Part shown: one piece after another, positions 13,811 through 23,006 of the stretch
Numbering within the stretch: position 1 is the first letter of the stretch
How the letters are laid out: every line of letters starts with the position of its first letter
IMG/VR virus record: IMGVR_UViG_3300027764_000018
Location: 1 to 32,896 of that record
From: a virus
Lineage: Duplodnaviria; Caudoviricetes
Direction: 5' to 3' (one strand)
DNA: 32,896 nucleotides
Translations under genes and position numbers: made by a program
The notes under the pieces: generated by a model
The model's input: the letters and a program-made list of their open reading frames with translations, nothing else
What the model was told of the DNA's origin: nothing
Databases searched by the model: none

Positions 13811-16039
13811 ATGGCCGACCCCACAGGCATCAACACGGCAGGCAAAGTTGCCAACGTAGGCTCTAACGGGCCTAAAACTACTGGCGATGACCATGACAAG
13901 ATGGCTACCATGCGTAGCCGCCTCACAATGGCGCAAGCAGCGTATTCGGACAGCCGTGAAGACGAGTTGGACGATCTACGCTTCATGGCCGGCAGCCCTG
14001 ACAACCAGTGGCAATGGCCTGCTGACGTGTTGTCAACACGCGGAAGCGTGCAAGGACAGGCAATTAACGCACGTCCATGCTTGACAATCAACAAATTACC
14101 TCAACACGTCCGTCAGGTGACGAACGAACAGCGTCAAAACCGTCCAAACGGTAAGGTTATACCTGCCGATGACAACGCTGACGTACAGGTAGCAGAGGTT
14201 TTCAACGGTGTGGTACGCCACATTGAGTATATGTCGGACGCCGACGTTGCGTATGACACCGCCTGCGACAACCAAGTCACCTATGGCGAAGGTTATATCC
14301 GCCTGCTGACTGAGTATTGCAACGACGATACGTTCGATCAGGACGTTAAGATTGGCCGTGTTCGTAACGCATTCAGCGTTTACATGGACCCAACGATCCA
14401 AGACCCATGCGGCGCTGACGCTGAGTGGTGTTTCATCACTGAAGACATCCTGAAGACCGAATATGAGCGTCTGTTCCCTGACGCGACGCCAATCAGCACG
14501 CTGTATAGTCAAGGCGTCGGCGACCAAGGCATTTCGTCATGGTTACAAGAAGATACGATCCGCATCGCGGAGTATTTTTACAACGATTACAAGCGCGAAA
14601 CGCTGCATCTGTACCCAAATAACCAGACTGCAAAGGCTAATTCGCCAGAAGATAAGCAGCTTAAAGAAATGTACGGTAAACCGCTCCGCACACGCGAAGT
14701 AAACCGTAAAAAAGTCATGTGGATGAAGACCAATGGCTTCGACATCCTCGACGAACGCGAATGGCCGGGCAAATGGATACCTGTCGTGCGCGTAATCGGC
14801 AACGAATGGGAAGTTGACGGTCAAATTTACATTTCTGGGCTTGTGCGTAACGCCAAAGACGCCCAGCGTATGTACAACTACTGGACCAGCCAAGAGGCAG
14901 AAATGCTTGCATTGGCACCTAAAGCGCCATTTATCGGCTATGGCGGCCAATTTGAAGGTTACGAAAACCAGTGGAAGACTGCCAACACGACCAACTGGCC
15001 GTATTTGGAAGTCAACCCAGACGTTACAGACGGCGCTGGAGGCGTTCTACCGCTCCCGCAACGCGCACAGCCACCTTTGCCCCAAACAGGTCTGATACAG
15101 GCTAAAATGGGCGCTGGAGAGGATATTAAGGCCACTACAGGCCAGTATGATGCGTCGCTGGGTCAGCAAGGCAACGAACGGTCTGCAAAAGCTATCATTG
15201 CACGCGAAAAGCAGGGCGATGTTGGCACGTATCACTACGTGGACAACCTTGCGCGGGCAATTCGCCACATCACGCGTCAAATCGTCGATCTTATCCCTAA
15301 AATCTACGACACACAGCGCATCGCACGCATTATTGGTGCTGATGGCGAAGTCAGCATGGTCAAGATGGACCCGATGCAGGAAGAGCCTGTACGTGAAGTG
15401 CGCGATGCTGAAACCGGCGGTTTGATCGAGAAGATTTACAACCCCGGCGTTGGTACATACGACGTTATGGTCACTACTGGCCCCGGCTACATGACCAAGC
15501 GCCAAGAAGCACTCGACGCTATGAGCCAGATTCTGCAATCCAACCCACAGCTTTGGGCTGTTGCAGGCGATTTGTTCATCAAGAACATGGATTGGCCCGG
15601 CGCGCAGGAAATGGCGAACCGCTTCAAGAAGATTCTTGATCCCAAGGTGCTGTCTGAAGGCGACGAATCGCCTGAAATGGCTGCTGCACAGCAGCAAATG
15701 GAAGTCATGGCGCAAGAACTGAACCGCATGGTCGATATTATCGAAGGCGTTCAGGCAGACGTTGCGAAGCGCGAAGTAGACATCAAGGAGTACAAGGCTC
15801 AGGTAGATGCTTACGATGCGGAAACAAAACGTATCAGCGCGATGCAAGCAGGGATGACAGAAGAGCAAATTCAGGATATTGTCATGGGGACGATTGCAGG
15901 CGCACTGGATACCGGCGATTTAATCAGCGGATCACCAGAAATGCGTCAGCAACCTGAAATGACCGAAGAAATGCCTGAACAGCAACCAATGCCAGATATG
16001 GGCGCCATGCCTGAGATGCCGCCTGAAGGAATGATGTAA
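13811..16039 (+). CDS. portal protein, P22 gp1-like
   Basis: 742 aa. DLRF..G..QW, RPCLTINK, GLVRNAKDAQRMYNY, YDTQRIARIIG and GTYDVMVTTGP, with a C-terminal coiled-coil barrel. Confidence 0.93.
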   Translation: MADPTGINTAGKVANVGSNGPKTTGDDHDKMATMRSRLTMAQAAYSDSREDELDDLRFMAGSPDNQWQWPADVLSTRGSVQGQAINARPCLTINKLPQHVRQVTNEQRQNRPNGKVIPADDNADVQVAEVFNGVVRHIEYMSDADVAYDTACDNQVTYGEGYIRLLTEYCNDDTFDQDVKIGRVRNAFSVYMDPTIQDPCGADAEWCFITEDILKTEYERLFPDATPISTLYSQGVGDQGISSWLQEDTIRIAEYFYNDYKRETLHLYPNNQTAKANSPEDKQLKEMYGKPLRTREVNRKKVMWMKTNGFDILDEREWPGKWIPVVRVIGNEWEVDGQIYISGLVRNAKDAQRMYNYWTSQEAEMLALAPKAPFIGYGGQFEGYENQWKTANTTNWPYLEVNPDVTDGAGGVLPLPQRAQPPLPQTGLIQAKMGAGEDIKATTGQYDASLGQQGNERSAKAIIAREKQGDVGTYHYVDNLARAIRHITRQIVDLIPKIYDTQRIARIIGADGEVSMVKMDPMQEEPVREVRDAETGGLIEKIYNPGVGTYDVMVTTGPGYMTKRQEALDAMSQILQSNPQLWAVAGDLFIKNMDWPGAQEMANRFKKILDPKVLSEGDESPEMAAAQQQMEVMAQELNRMVDIIEGVQADVAKREVDIKEYKAQVDAYDAETKRISAMQAGMTEEQIQDIVMGTIAGALDTGDLISGSPEMRQQPEMTEEMPEQQPMPDMGAMPEMPPEGMM

Positions 16040-17832
16040 TGACCGTAAGCCTCAAACATACCTTTCAGTCAGCCAAAACTGACAGCACCGACGCAACGCT
16101 TATCCAGCCATCCAACTGGAACCAAGAGCACGTATTGACCGCGGCTGCCGGTAAAGTACTTGGCCGCGATACGTCTGGCGCAGGCGCGGTGCAGGAATTG
16201 CCAATTTCCGTTACGTCTGCGGGCAATGTTACTATACCGAACAACTTTGCCGTTACAGGCACGCTCGGTGTTACAGGAACTACGACGCTTACAGACCTTA
16301 ACGCTACAGGGACTGTAGGGTTTACCAACGCACTTGGCGTTACATCGGGCGGCACAGGCGCTGCGACGCTGGCGGCTAACAACGTGCTACTTGGCAACGG
16401 AACTTCGGCTGTTCAGACTGTTGCGCCGGGCACATCTGGTAACGTCCTGACTAGCAACGGAACAACGTGGGCGTCTTCGCCTACATCAGCCGGTGTGTCT
16501 TTTCCGCAAAATATTCAATCTGCCAACTACACATTGGTAATTGGCGATGCAGGCAAGCAGATATTTCACCCTGCGTCTGATACCGCAGTTCGTACATACA
16601 CTATTCCAGCTAACTCCAGTGTTGCATTCCCAATCGGTACGGTTGTGTTGTTTACAGTTGAAAACAATGGGCGCTCAGTAAGTGTAGCTATTACTAGTGA
16701 CACGCTTGTTTTTGGCGAAGGAACAACAGGAACTATAAATGTTTTTGGAAATAATACATTAATGGCCATTAAAGTTACCGCGACCAAGTGGATGGCAAAC
16801 TATTTGTATCAGACCGGCTCTGCGGCGCCATCATCATCTATTGCAATAGCACACAGCACAACACCCTTTATTTCCGTTTTTCCGTGGAACGCCAGCACTG
16901 GCTTCGGCACTAAATTTAGCAACCCTTCTACACTACCTACTGGCACTGGCTCCGAGGTAACATTCAACCCTGCAGGTAACACCATAGCTGTAGCGCACGG
17001 CATAACACCTTTTATTAGTGTATACCAGTGGCTTGGCATTGGCTTTGGCGCTAAATATGCCGACCCAGCTACACTGCCCGCTGCAACTGGCAACGGCGTT
17101 GCGTTTAACCCTGCGGGCACCTCTATCGCGGTAGCGCACGCCAGCGGCTCGTATGTTTCAGCGTACCCTTGGAGCGGTTCGGGTTTTGGCACTAAATATA
17201 CCAACCCAGCTACACTACCTTCTGGCACTGGCAACGGCGTTGCATTTAACCCCGCTGGTACCTCTATTGCCGTAGCGTCTAGCGCAACACCTTATGTCTT
17301 AGCCTACCCGTGGAACGCCGGCACTGGCTTCGGCACTAAATATACCGACCCAGCTACGCTGCCCGGTGGCGCCGGCGTCGCCGTTGCCTTTAACCCCGCT
17401 GGTGACGCTATCGCGGTAGCGCATGACGCATCACCCTACATTACGGCCTACCCGTGGAACGCTGGTACTGGCTTTGGCACTAAATATACTGACCCTGCTA
17501 CACTACCTGCGGGCAATGGCCGCGGCGTTGCGTTTAACCCTGCGGGCACCTCTATCGCGGTAGCGCATGACACATCACCCTACATTACGGCCTACCCGTG
17601 GAGCGGGGCCGGTTTTGGTACCAAATACACCAATCCTGCTACGTTGCCTACGAATGTAGGTCTAGGCGTAGCTTTCAGTGCTGCCGGTGATGCTATTGCT
17701 GTATCGCACGCCGTAACGCCCTACGTTTCAGTTTACCCGTGGAACGCCGGCACTGGCTTCGGCACTAAATATACCGACCCAACTACACTGCTCCCCGGCA
17801 ATGGTAATGGCGTAGCGTTTAGCCCAGCTTAA
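16039..17832 (+). CDS. fibre / receptor-binding protein with a C-terminal 7-bladed beta-propeller
   Basis: Gly/Thr-rich fibre N-half (GGTGA, GNVLTSNGTTW) and seven 47-49 aa repeats. A fibre chaperone gene follows. Confidence 0.75.
   Translation: MTVSLKHTFQSAKTDSTDATLIQPSNWNQEHVLTAAAGKVLGRDTSGAGAVQELPISVTSAGNVTIPNNFAVTGTLGVTGTTTLTDLNATGTVGFTNALGVTSGGTGAATLAANNVLLGNGTSAVQTVAPGTSGNVLTSNGTTWASSPTSAGVSFPQNIQSANYTLVIGDAGKQIFHPASDTAVRTYTIPANSSVAFPIGTVVLFTVENNGRSVSVAITSDTLVFGEGTTGTINVFGNNTLMAIKVTATKWMANYLYQTGSAAPSSSIAIAHSTTPFISVFPWNASTGFGTKFSNPSTLPTGTGSEVTFNPAGNTIAVAHGITPFISVYQWLGIGFGAKYADPATLPAATGNGVAFNPAGTSIAVAHASGSYVSAYPWSGSGFGTKYTNPATLPSGTGNGVAFNPAGTSIAVASSATPYVLAYPWNAGTGFGTKYTDPATLPGGAGVAVAFNPAGDAIAVAHDASPYITAYPWNAGTGFGTKYTDPATLPAGNGRGVAFNPAGTSIAVAHDTSPYITAYPWSGAGFGTKYTNPATLPTNVGLGVAFSAAGDAIAVSHAVTPYVSVYPWNAGTGFGTKYTDPTTLLPGNGNGVAFSPA
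16831..17829 (+). repeat. seven tandem ~141-147 bp blade repeats
   Basis: Consensus IAVAH...PYI.AYPW..G.GFGTKY.DPATLP...G.GVAFNPAG. Exact 48-nt match between 17305-17352 and 17734-17781. Confidence 0.95.
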
Positions 17833-17848
17833 TAAAGAAAGATATTAC

Positions 17849-18151
17849 ATGATCTACACACAACTGAGCGACGATTACAAATACGACACCTTAGCGGATG
17901 CTGTGTACGCACGCGAGATTGAATATTTTCATTACGACTTTGACCGCAAGAACTTTGAGCATCTGTTGGCAAACGCGACAGATAATGAGTTTGCAGCCAG
18001 CGTAGCGGAAAGACTAAACGACACCCGCAAACAAATGGGTAATGTAGAGGCCATTATGTCGGCGCTGAAAGAACAAATTGAAGACCAAGCAGCCTACGAT
18101 GCGGCTGTTGTACGTGTAACCGCCAAGCGGGAAGCAAAGGAAGCAGAATAA
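17849..18151 (+). CDS. hypothetical helical acidic protein (100 aa) in the fibre module
   Basis: Between the fibre and chaperone genes; TAATG-coupled to the next gene. Confidence 0.8.
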   Translation: MIYTQLSDDYKYDTLADAVYAREIEYFHYDFDRKNFEHLLANATDNEFAASVAERLNDTRKQMGNVEAIMSALKEQIEDQAAYDAAVVRVTAKREAKEAE

Positions 18152-18609
18152 TGTGGTATGTCCAAGCCCAAGGCGACACCTTCATACGGCACATCTTTGA
18201 TGTCGAGCCGACGCAGTGGGATGCGGACAACTATTGCTACGCCCGACGCTTGACTGACGAGCAAGTAACGCACTTTGGCGTTTACAAGAAGCAGATCGTC
18301 ACGCCGCCATATCACGATGCGGCCACACAACACCTTGAAGAAGGCCCAGCCCTGCTGATCGACGGTGTTTGGACACAGAACTACATCGTGACGGACCTGA
18401 GCGCAGATGAGTCAGCCGCAAAGGTTGGCGCACAATGGCCTGTTATTCGCGCGGAACGTAACAAGCTGTTGGTCGAATCCGATTGGACGCAGCTACCTGA
18501 CGCGCCCGTAGACGCTGCTGCGTGGGCAACATATCGTCAAGCCTTACGCGATGTAACAACCCAAGCTAACCCGTTTGCTATCGTCTGGCCTGAAAGTCCA
18601 TCATTATGA
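18151..18609 (+). CDS. tail-fibre assembly chaperone
   Basis: C-terminal IRAERNKLL.ESDWTQLPDAP...WATYRQALRDVT.Q..P..IVWP signature. Confidence 0.85.
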   Translation: MWYVQAQGDTFIRHIFDVEPTQWDADNYCYARRLTDEQVTHFGVYKKQIVTPPYHDAATQHLEEGPALLIDGVWTQNYIVTDLSADESAAKVGAQWPVIRAERNKLLVESDWTQLPDAPVDAAAWATYRQALRDVTTQANPFAIVWPESPSL

Positions 18610-18968
18610 AATGCGCTGATTTTGTAGGCACACTGTTTCTCGCGCGCGATGTAGCCCATTCGACGCACCTGAACACACGCAGCTTTGCCAAGCACTCTGC
18701 TTTGAACACTTTTTATGATGAAGTGATCGAACTGGCGGACAAATTTGCTGAAGCCTATCAGGGCAAATATGGCCTAATTGGCCCTATCTCACTTATGTCG
18801 GCTAAGAAGACAAACAACATTGTCGAGTTTCTTGAAGGTCAAGTAGACGAACTGATGGAAATGCGGTATAAAGTCGTTGATAAGGAGTGTACCCCACTCC
18901 AAAACATTATCGACGAGATTTTTGGGTTGTATTATTCAACCTTGTACAAATTGAAATTTTTGGCTTAG
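18606..18968 (+). CDS. ferritin/Dps-like four-helix protein (DUF5856-like)
   Basis: AH..HL.T.SFAKH.AL..FYD......DKFAEAYQG and LQNIIDEI.....STLYKL. Confidence 0.75.
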   Translation: MKCADFVGTLFLARDVAHSTHLNTRSFAKHSALNTFYDEVIELADKFAEAYQGKYGLIGPISLMSAKKTNNIVEFLEGQVDELMEMRYKVVDKECTPLQNIIDEIFGLYYSTLYKLKFLA

Positions 18969-18978
18969 GATAATATGT

Positions 18979-19257
18979 ATGGCTGCAACATTTAGAAACT
19001 TAACCGCAACTGCACAGGTAAAAATTGGACTAGGCAAACTGAAAGGTATTTTTGTATCTTCAGGGACCGTGCCAACTGTCGCTGTTTATGACAGCGCGAC
19101 GGCGTCCACCAGCGATCCAATTATCCTAAACACTTTTACTGGCGCTACTCCCGGTAGCTATACGTTTACCGGCGACGATGGCGGCATAGGTTTTAGCCGG
19201 GGGTTGTACGTCGTTGTCGGCGGTACATCACCTGTCATATCTGTTTTTTACGAGTAA
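18979..19257 (+). CDS. small beta-rich virion-associated protein (92 aa)
   Basis: AGGA RBS; position before the scaffold gene. Confidence 0.75.
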   Translation: MAATFRNLTATAQVKIGLGKLKGIFVSSGTVPTVAVYDSATASTSDPIILNTFTGATPGSYTFTGDDGGIGFSRGLYVVVGGTSPVISVFYE

Positions 19258-19313
19258 CCTTACTCAAAAAACCGTACTGGTGCGGCACATCAGGAACTCC
19301 ATAGGAGTTAAAC

Positions 19314-20099
19314 ATGGACGAAACAGTCCCCAACGTAGCGGATGCCTCCGCGCCAGAACTCGAAGCCACGGCAGCAATCGAGCCTGTAGAAAACACGACG
19401 CCGGAAACGCCTGCTGAACAGGAAGCTAATAAGTCCTTCACACAAGAAGAACTTGACGCGATTGTCGGCAAGCGCCTCGCAAGAGAACAGCGCAAATGGG
19501 AGCGCGAACAGGCTCAAAAAGCAGAGGAAATGCAGGCCCGCCAACAAGTAGGCTATGATATTACCCCTGAACAATTTGAGACTTATGAGGATTACGCAGA
19601 GGTTTTGGCCGAACGTAAAGCCGAAGAATTGTTGGCGAGGCGGGAAACCGCACGGCAGCAAGCTGAATTGCAGGATGCCTACCATGACCGTGAAGAGGCT
19701 GCACGGGACAAGTATGATGACTTTGAACAAGTCGCATACAACCCCAACCTCCCGATTACGGATTTCATGGCGCAAAGCATCCAAGCGTCAGACGCAGGCC
19801 CAGACGTTCTATACTACCTCGGTTCTAATCCGAAAGAAGCTGATCGTATCGCCCGCCTAGCGCCAATTTTGCAGGCAAAAGAAATTGGAAAACTTGAGGC
19901 TTCATTGTCCTCAAATCCGCCGGTTAAAAGAACTTCAAACGCCCCGGCTCCGATTGCGCCTGTCACAGCACGTTCTACTGGGTCAAACCAGTACGATACA
20001 ACCGACCCTCGTTCGACTAAGTCGATGAGTACGTCGGAATGGATCGAAGCAGAGCGTATGCGGCAGATCAAGAAGTACGAGGCACAACGCAACAGATAA
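19314..20099 (+). CDS. capsid scaffolding protein
   Basis: Acidic and helical; FTQEELDAIVGKRLARE motif; directly upstream of the coat gene. Confidence 0.85.
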   Translation: MDETVPNVADASAPELEATAAIEPVENTTPETPAEQEANKSFTQEELDAIVGKRLAREQRKWEREQAQKAEEMQARQQVGYDITPEQFETYEDYAEVLAERKAEELLARRETARQQAELQDAYHDREEAARDKYDDFEQVAYNPNLPITDFMAQSIQASDAGPDVLYYLGSNPKEADRIARLAPILQAKEIGKLEASLSSNPPVKRTSNAPAPIAPVTARSTGSNQYDTTDPRSTKSMSTSEWIEAERMRQIKKYEAQRNR

Positions 20100-20114
20100 T
20101 TTGGGATTATTACC

Positions 20115-21323
20115 ATGTCTAACTCGATTTTAACAATTGACATGATCACACGGAAGGCTCTCGAAATTCTTGAGAACAACCTTGTGCTCACACGTAACGT
20201 AAACCGCCAGTACGACGACAGCTTTGCTGTTGAAGGTGCTAAAATTGGCTCAACCCTGCGTATCCGTCTTCCAGACCGTGCGCTTGTAACTGACGGCGCA
20301 GCCCTTCAGGTACAGGATGACAACGAGCAGTTCACAACACTGCAAGTTTCCACCCAGAAGCACATCGGCGTCAACTTCACGACTGCTGAATTGACGATGC
20401 AGCTTGACGATTTCGCAGACCGCGTTCTCAAGCCACGTATCTCGCAGCTTGCTGCCAGCATCGACGCTGACGTTGCTAACTCGTTCTTGACCATCGGTAA
20501 CACTGTTGGCACGCCCGGCACTACGCCAGCTACTTCGGCTGTTCTTCTTGCTGCACAGCAGAAGCTGAACGAAAACGCTGCTGTAATGTCGCCACGCTAT
20601 GCAACTGTTAACCCAGCCGCTAACGCTGGTTTGGTCGAAGGTCTGAAGGGTCTATTCAACCCAACCGACACGATCAGCAAGCAGTTCAAGAACGGCATGA
20701 TGGGTACAGGCGTACTTGGCTACGACGAAATCAATATGTCGCAGTCCATCAAGCAGTTCACCACTGGTTCGCGTACTGCAACCGGCGGCACGACTTCGGC
20801 TGCAATCACTACTGAAGGTGCAACCACCATCGCCATCACTGGTGCTGGTAACGCCGGCGTAGTCAAGGCAGGCGACGTTTTCACTGTAGCTGACTGCTTC
20901 CAAGTTAACCCACAGACCCGTGAAAGCACAGGTTCGTTGTTCCAGTTCGTTGCTCTGGCTGATGTCACGCTCAACGCTTCTGGCGCAGGCAGCATCACTG
21001 TTGCACCGATCTATTCGGCTACACAAGCACTTGCTACCGTTAACTCGCTGCCCGGTAACTCGAAGGCCGTCGTATTCGTTGGTACGGCTTCTACGCAATA
21101 CGCGCAGAACCTTGTATACCACAAGGACGCTATCACCTTCGCAACCGCCGACCTTCTGCTCCCACAGGGCGTAGATATGGCTTCGCGTCAGGTACACAAC
21201 GGCATCTCGCTTCGCGTTGTTCGTCAGTACGACATCAACAACGACCGTCTGCCTTGCCGTATTGACGTTCTGTACGGTTACAGCACGATCCGTCCGCAGA
21301 TGGCTGTTCGGATGTGGGGTTAA
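20115..21323 (+). CDS. major capsid protein, P22 gp5-like
   Basis: 402 aa. NRQYDDSFA..GAKIGSTLRIRLP N-terminus and CRIDVLYG...RP C-terminus. Confidence 0.93.
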   Translation: MSNSILTIDMITRKALEILENNLVLTRNVNRQYDDSFAVEGAKIGSTLRIRLPDRALVTDGAALQVQDDNEQFTTLQVSTQKHIGVNFTTAELTMQLDDFADRVLKPRISQLAASIDADVANSFLTIGNTVGTPGTTPATSAVLLAAQQKLNENAAVMSPRYATVNPAANAGLVEGLKGLFNPTDTISKQFKNGMMGTGVLGYDEINMSQSIKQFTTGSRTATGGTTSAAITTEGATTIAITGAGNAGVVKAGDVFTVADCFQVNPQTRESTGSLFQFVALADVTLNASGAGSITVAPIYSATQALATVNSLPGNSKAVVFVGTASTQYAQNLVYHKDAITFATADLLLPQGVDMASRQVHNGISLRVVRQYDINNDRLPCRIDVLYGYSTIRPQMAVRMWG

Positions 21324-21332
21324 TCTAATACC

Positions 21333-21354
21333 GGCCCTCGGTTCGCCGGGGGCC
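21333..21354 (+). other. GC-rich TTCG-loop hairpin after the coat gene (no U-tract)
   Basis: GGCCCTCGG-TTCG-CCGGGGGCC. Could be an mRNA stabiliser or a weak terminator. Confidence 0.6.
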
Positions 21355-21377
21355 AACTATTCTAAAGGATTTTTACT

Positions 21378-21776
21378 ATGCCTACTTTACCTAATGGCGC
21401 TGGCGGTTACCAAGTTGGTGACGGCAATCTCGGCGAAATCACTTTTGGTGTTTCATCTATCCCGACTGCACTTACCGCAGCAGCTACTCTGACCACTGCC
21501 GAATTGGCTGGCGGTCTGGTTGTTTATACTTCAGCCAGCACGGCAGACCTTACGCTTCCAACGGTTGCACTTGTCAACGCCGACTTCAGCAGTGCAAAAG
21601 TCAACTCGTCTTTTGACATTTCTTTGGTCGCTACCAGCACCGGCGTACCTACTATCGTAGTAGGCACCGGCTGGACCTTGGTTGGTTCAGGCGCAGGCGT
21701 TGCTTCTAAGAGCGTATTGTTCCGCGCTGTTAAAACTGGCGAAACAACGTACAACCTGTACCGCATCGCTGGCTAA
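21378..21776 (+). CDS. putative capsid decoration protein (132 aa)
   Basis: AAGGA RBS; Thr/Gly/Ala-rich and beta-prone; follows the coat gene. Confidence 0.65.
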   Translation: MPTLPNGAGGYQVGDGNLGEITFGVSSIPTALTAAATLTTAELAGGLVVYTSASTADLTLPTVALVNADFSSAKVNSSFDISLVATSTGVPTIVVGTGWTLVGSGAGVASKSVLFRAVKTGETTYNLYRIAG

Positions 21777-21782
21777 TAGGTT

Positions 21783-21812
21783 TGCCCCGGCTTTAAGTCG
21801 GGGCATCCTTTT
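21783..21812 (+). terminator. hairpin / probable partial terminator
   Basis: TGCCCCGGC-TTTAA-GTCGGGGCA followed by TCCTTTT. Confidence 0.55.
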
Positions 21813-21825
21813 CAGGAGAAAATCA

Positions 21826-22239
21826 ATGCCTAACAATAAACCTATTGGCGTTGCTTACCTCGACCAAGACATTATTGGCGCACAATATCTCTTGGCCGAC
21901 GAGCAAATCGGCTACACCGCCGCAGCACAAGGCACAGTTACGCAGGCGACAGACAAGTCTACTGCGGTTACGCTGAACAAGCCTGCTGGCCGCATCACGA
22001 TGAACAACGCGTCTTTGGCTACTGCCACTAACGCTACGTTCACGTTGAACAACAGCTTCATTTCTGCAAATGACACTGTTATTCTGACTATTTCTGGCGG
22101 TCAAGCGACCCCCGGATCGTACAACGTGTTTGCAAACAATTTGGGCACTGGCTCTGTCAGCATCAGCCTACGCAACATTTCTGGCGGCTCGCTGTCAGAA
22201 GCTGTAGTGATTAACTTTGCAATCATCCACTGCGTATAA
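21826..22239 (+). CDS. virion structural protein, head-fibre/decoration-like (137 aa)
   Basis: Start reassigned to ATG 21826 (AGGAG RBS). GTVTQATDKSTAVTLN...G.ITMNNA.LA motif. Confidence 0.75.
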   Translation: MPNNKPIGVAYLDQDIIGAQYLLADEQIGYTAAAQGTVTQATDKSTAVTLNKPAGRITMNNASLATATNATFTLNNSFISANDTVILTISGGQATPGSYNVFANNLGTGSVSISLRNISGGSLSEAVVINFAIIHCV

Positions 22240-22245
22240 CTAATC

Positions 22246-22272
22246 TGGACGGCTTTCGGGCCGTCCATTTTT
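22246..22272 (+). terminator. rho-independent terminator between the head and tail genes
   Basis: TGGACGGCT-TTCG-GGCCGTCCA-TTTTT. Confidence 0.85.
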
Positions 22273-22295
22273 AATAATTTTATGGGGATTTTGGC

Positions 22296-23006
22296 ATGGC
22301 TACGGCTGGTGAAATAATCAACGGTTCGCTTAGACTTCTAGGTGTTCTAGCAGAAGGCGAAACTCCATCGGCTGAAACGTCGCAGGACGCACTGCGCGCC
22401 ATGAACCAGATGATTGATAGCTGGAACACTGAGCGCCTCGCTGTCTTCTCGACACAAGACCAAGTCTTCACATGGCCTTCTGGCGTACTTAGCCGCACGC
22501 TTGGGCCAACCGGCAACTTCGTTGGCAACCGCCCTATCTTGCTGGATGACGCTACATATTTCAAAGACCCTAGCACTGGCGTTAGCTACGGCATCAAAAT
22601 GATTAACCAGCAGCAGTATGATGGCATCGCGGTCAAGACCGTGTCCTCTACGTTCCCGCAGGTTATCTTTACCAACATGACGTATCCTGACATTGAAATG
22701 TTTATCTACCCGCGCCCGACGCGCGATCTAGAATGGCATTTCATTTCGGTTGAAGAACTGACACAGCCAGCAACGCTTGACACAGTCCTTTCGTTCCCGC
22801 CCGGCTATCTGCGTGCGTTCCGCTATAACCTAGCGTGCGAACTAGCGCCTGAGTTTGGCGAAGAACCGTCGCCACAAGTTCAGCGCATAGCTATGTATTC
22901 CAAGCGCAACCTGAAGCGCATCAACAATCCTGATGACATCATGTCGATGCCATACAGCCTTATTGCATCGCGCCAGCGGTATAACATTTTTGCAGGAAAC
23001 TACTAA
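22296..23006 (+). CDS. head-to-tail adaptor, P22 gp4-like
   Basis: TAGEII..SLRLLGVLAEGE.PS...AL..MN.MIDSW and FPPGY..A.RYNLA.ELAPE. Confidence 0.8.
   Translation: MATAGEIINGSLRLLGVLAEGETPSAETSQDALRAMNQMIDSWNTERLAVFSTQDQVFTWPSGVLSRTLGPTGNFVGNRPILLDDATYFKDPSTGVSYGIKMINQQQYDGIAVKTVSSTFPQVIFTNMTYPDIEMFIYPRPTRDLEWHFISVEELTQPATLDTVLSFPPGYLRAFRYNLACELAPEFGEEPSPQVQRIAMYSKRNLKRINNPDDIMSMPYSLIASRQRYNIFAGNY

Noticed and set aside
15047-15868. Long antisense ORFs (also 12292-12891, 20652-21356, 29215-29823, 31031-31753)
   Set aside because: Shadow frames of well-supported genes in fairly GC-rich DNA, with no RBS or recognisable motifs.
16831-17829. Diversity-generating retroelement TR/VR pair
   Set aside because: All repeats are in-frame blades of one gene, differences are not adenine-specific, and no reverse transcriptase is in the window.
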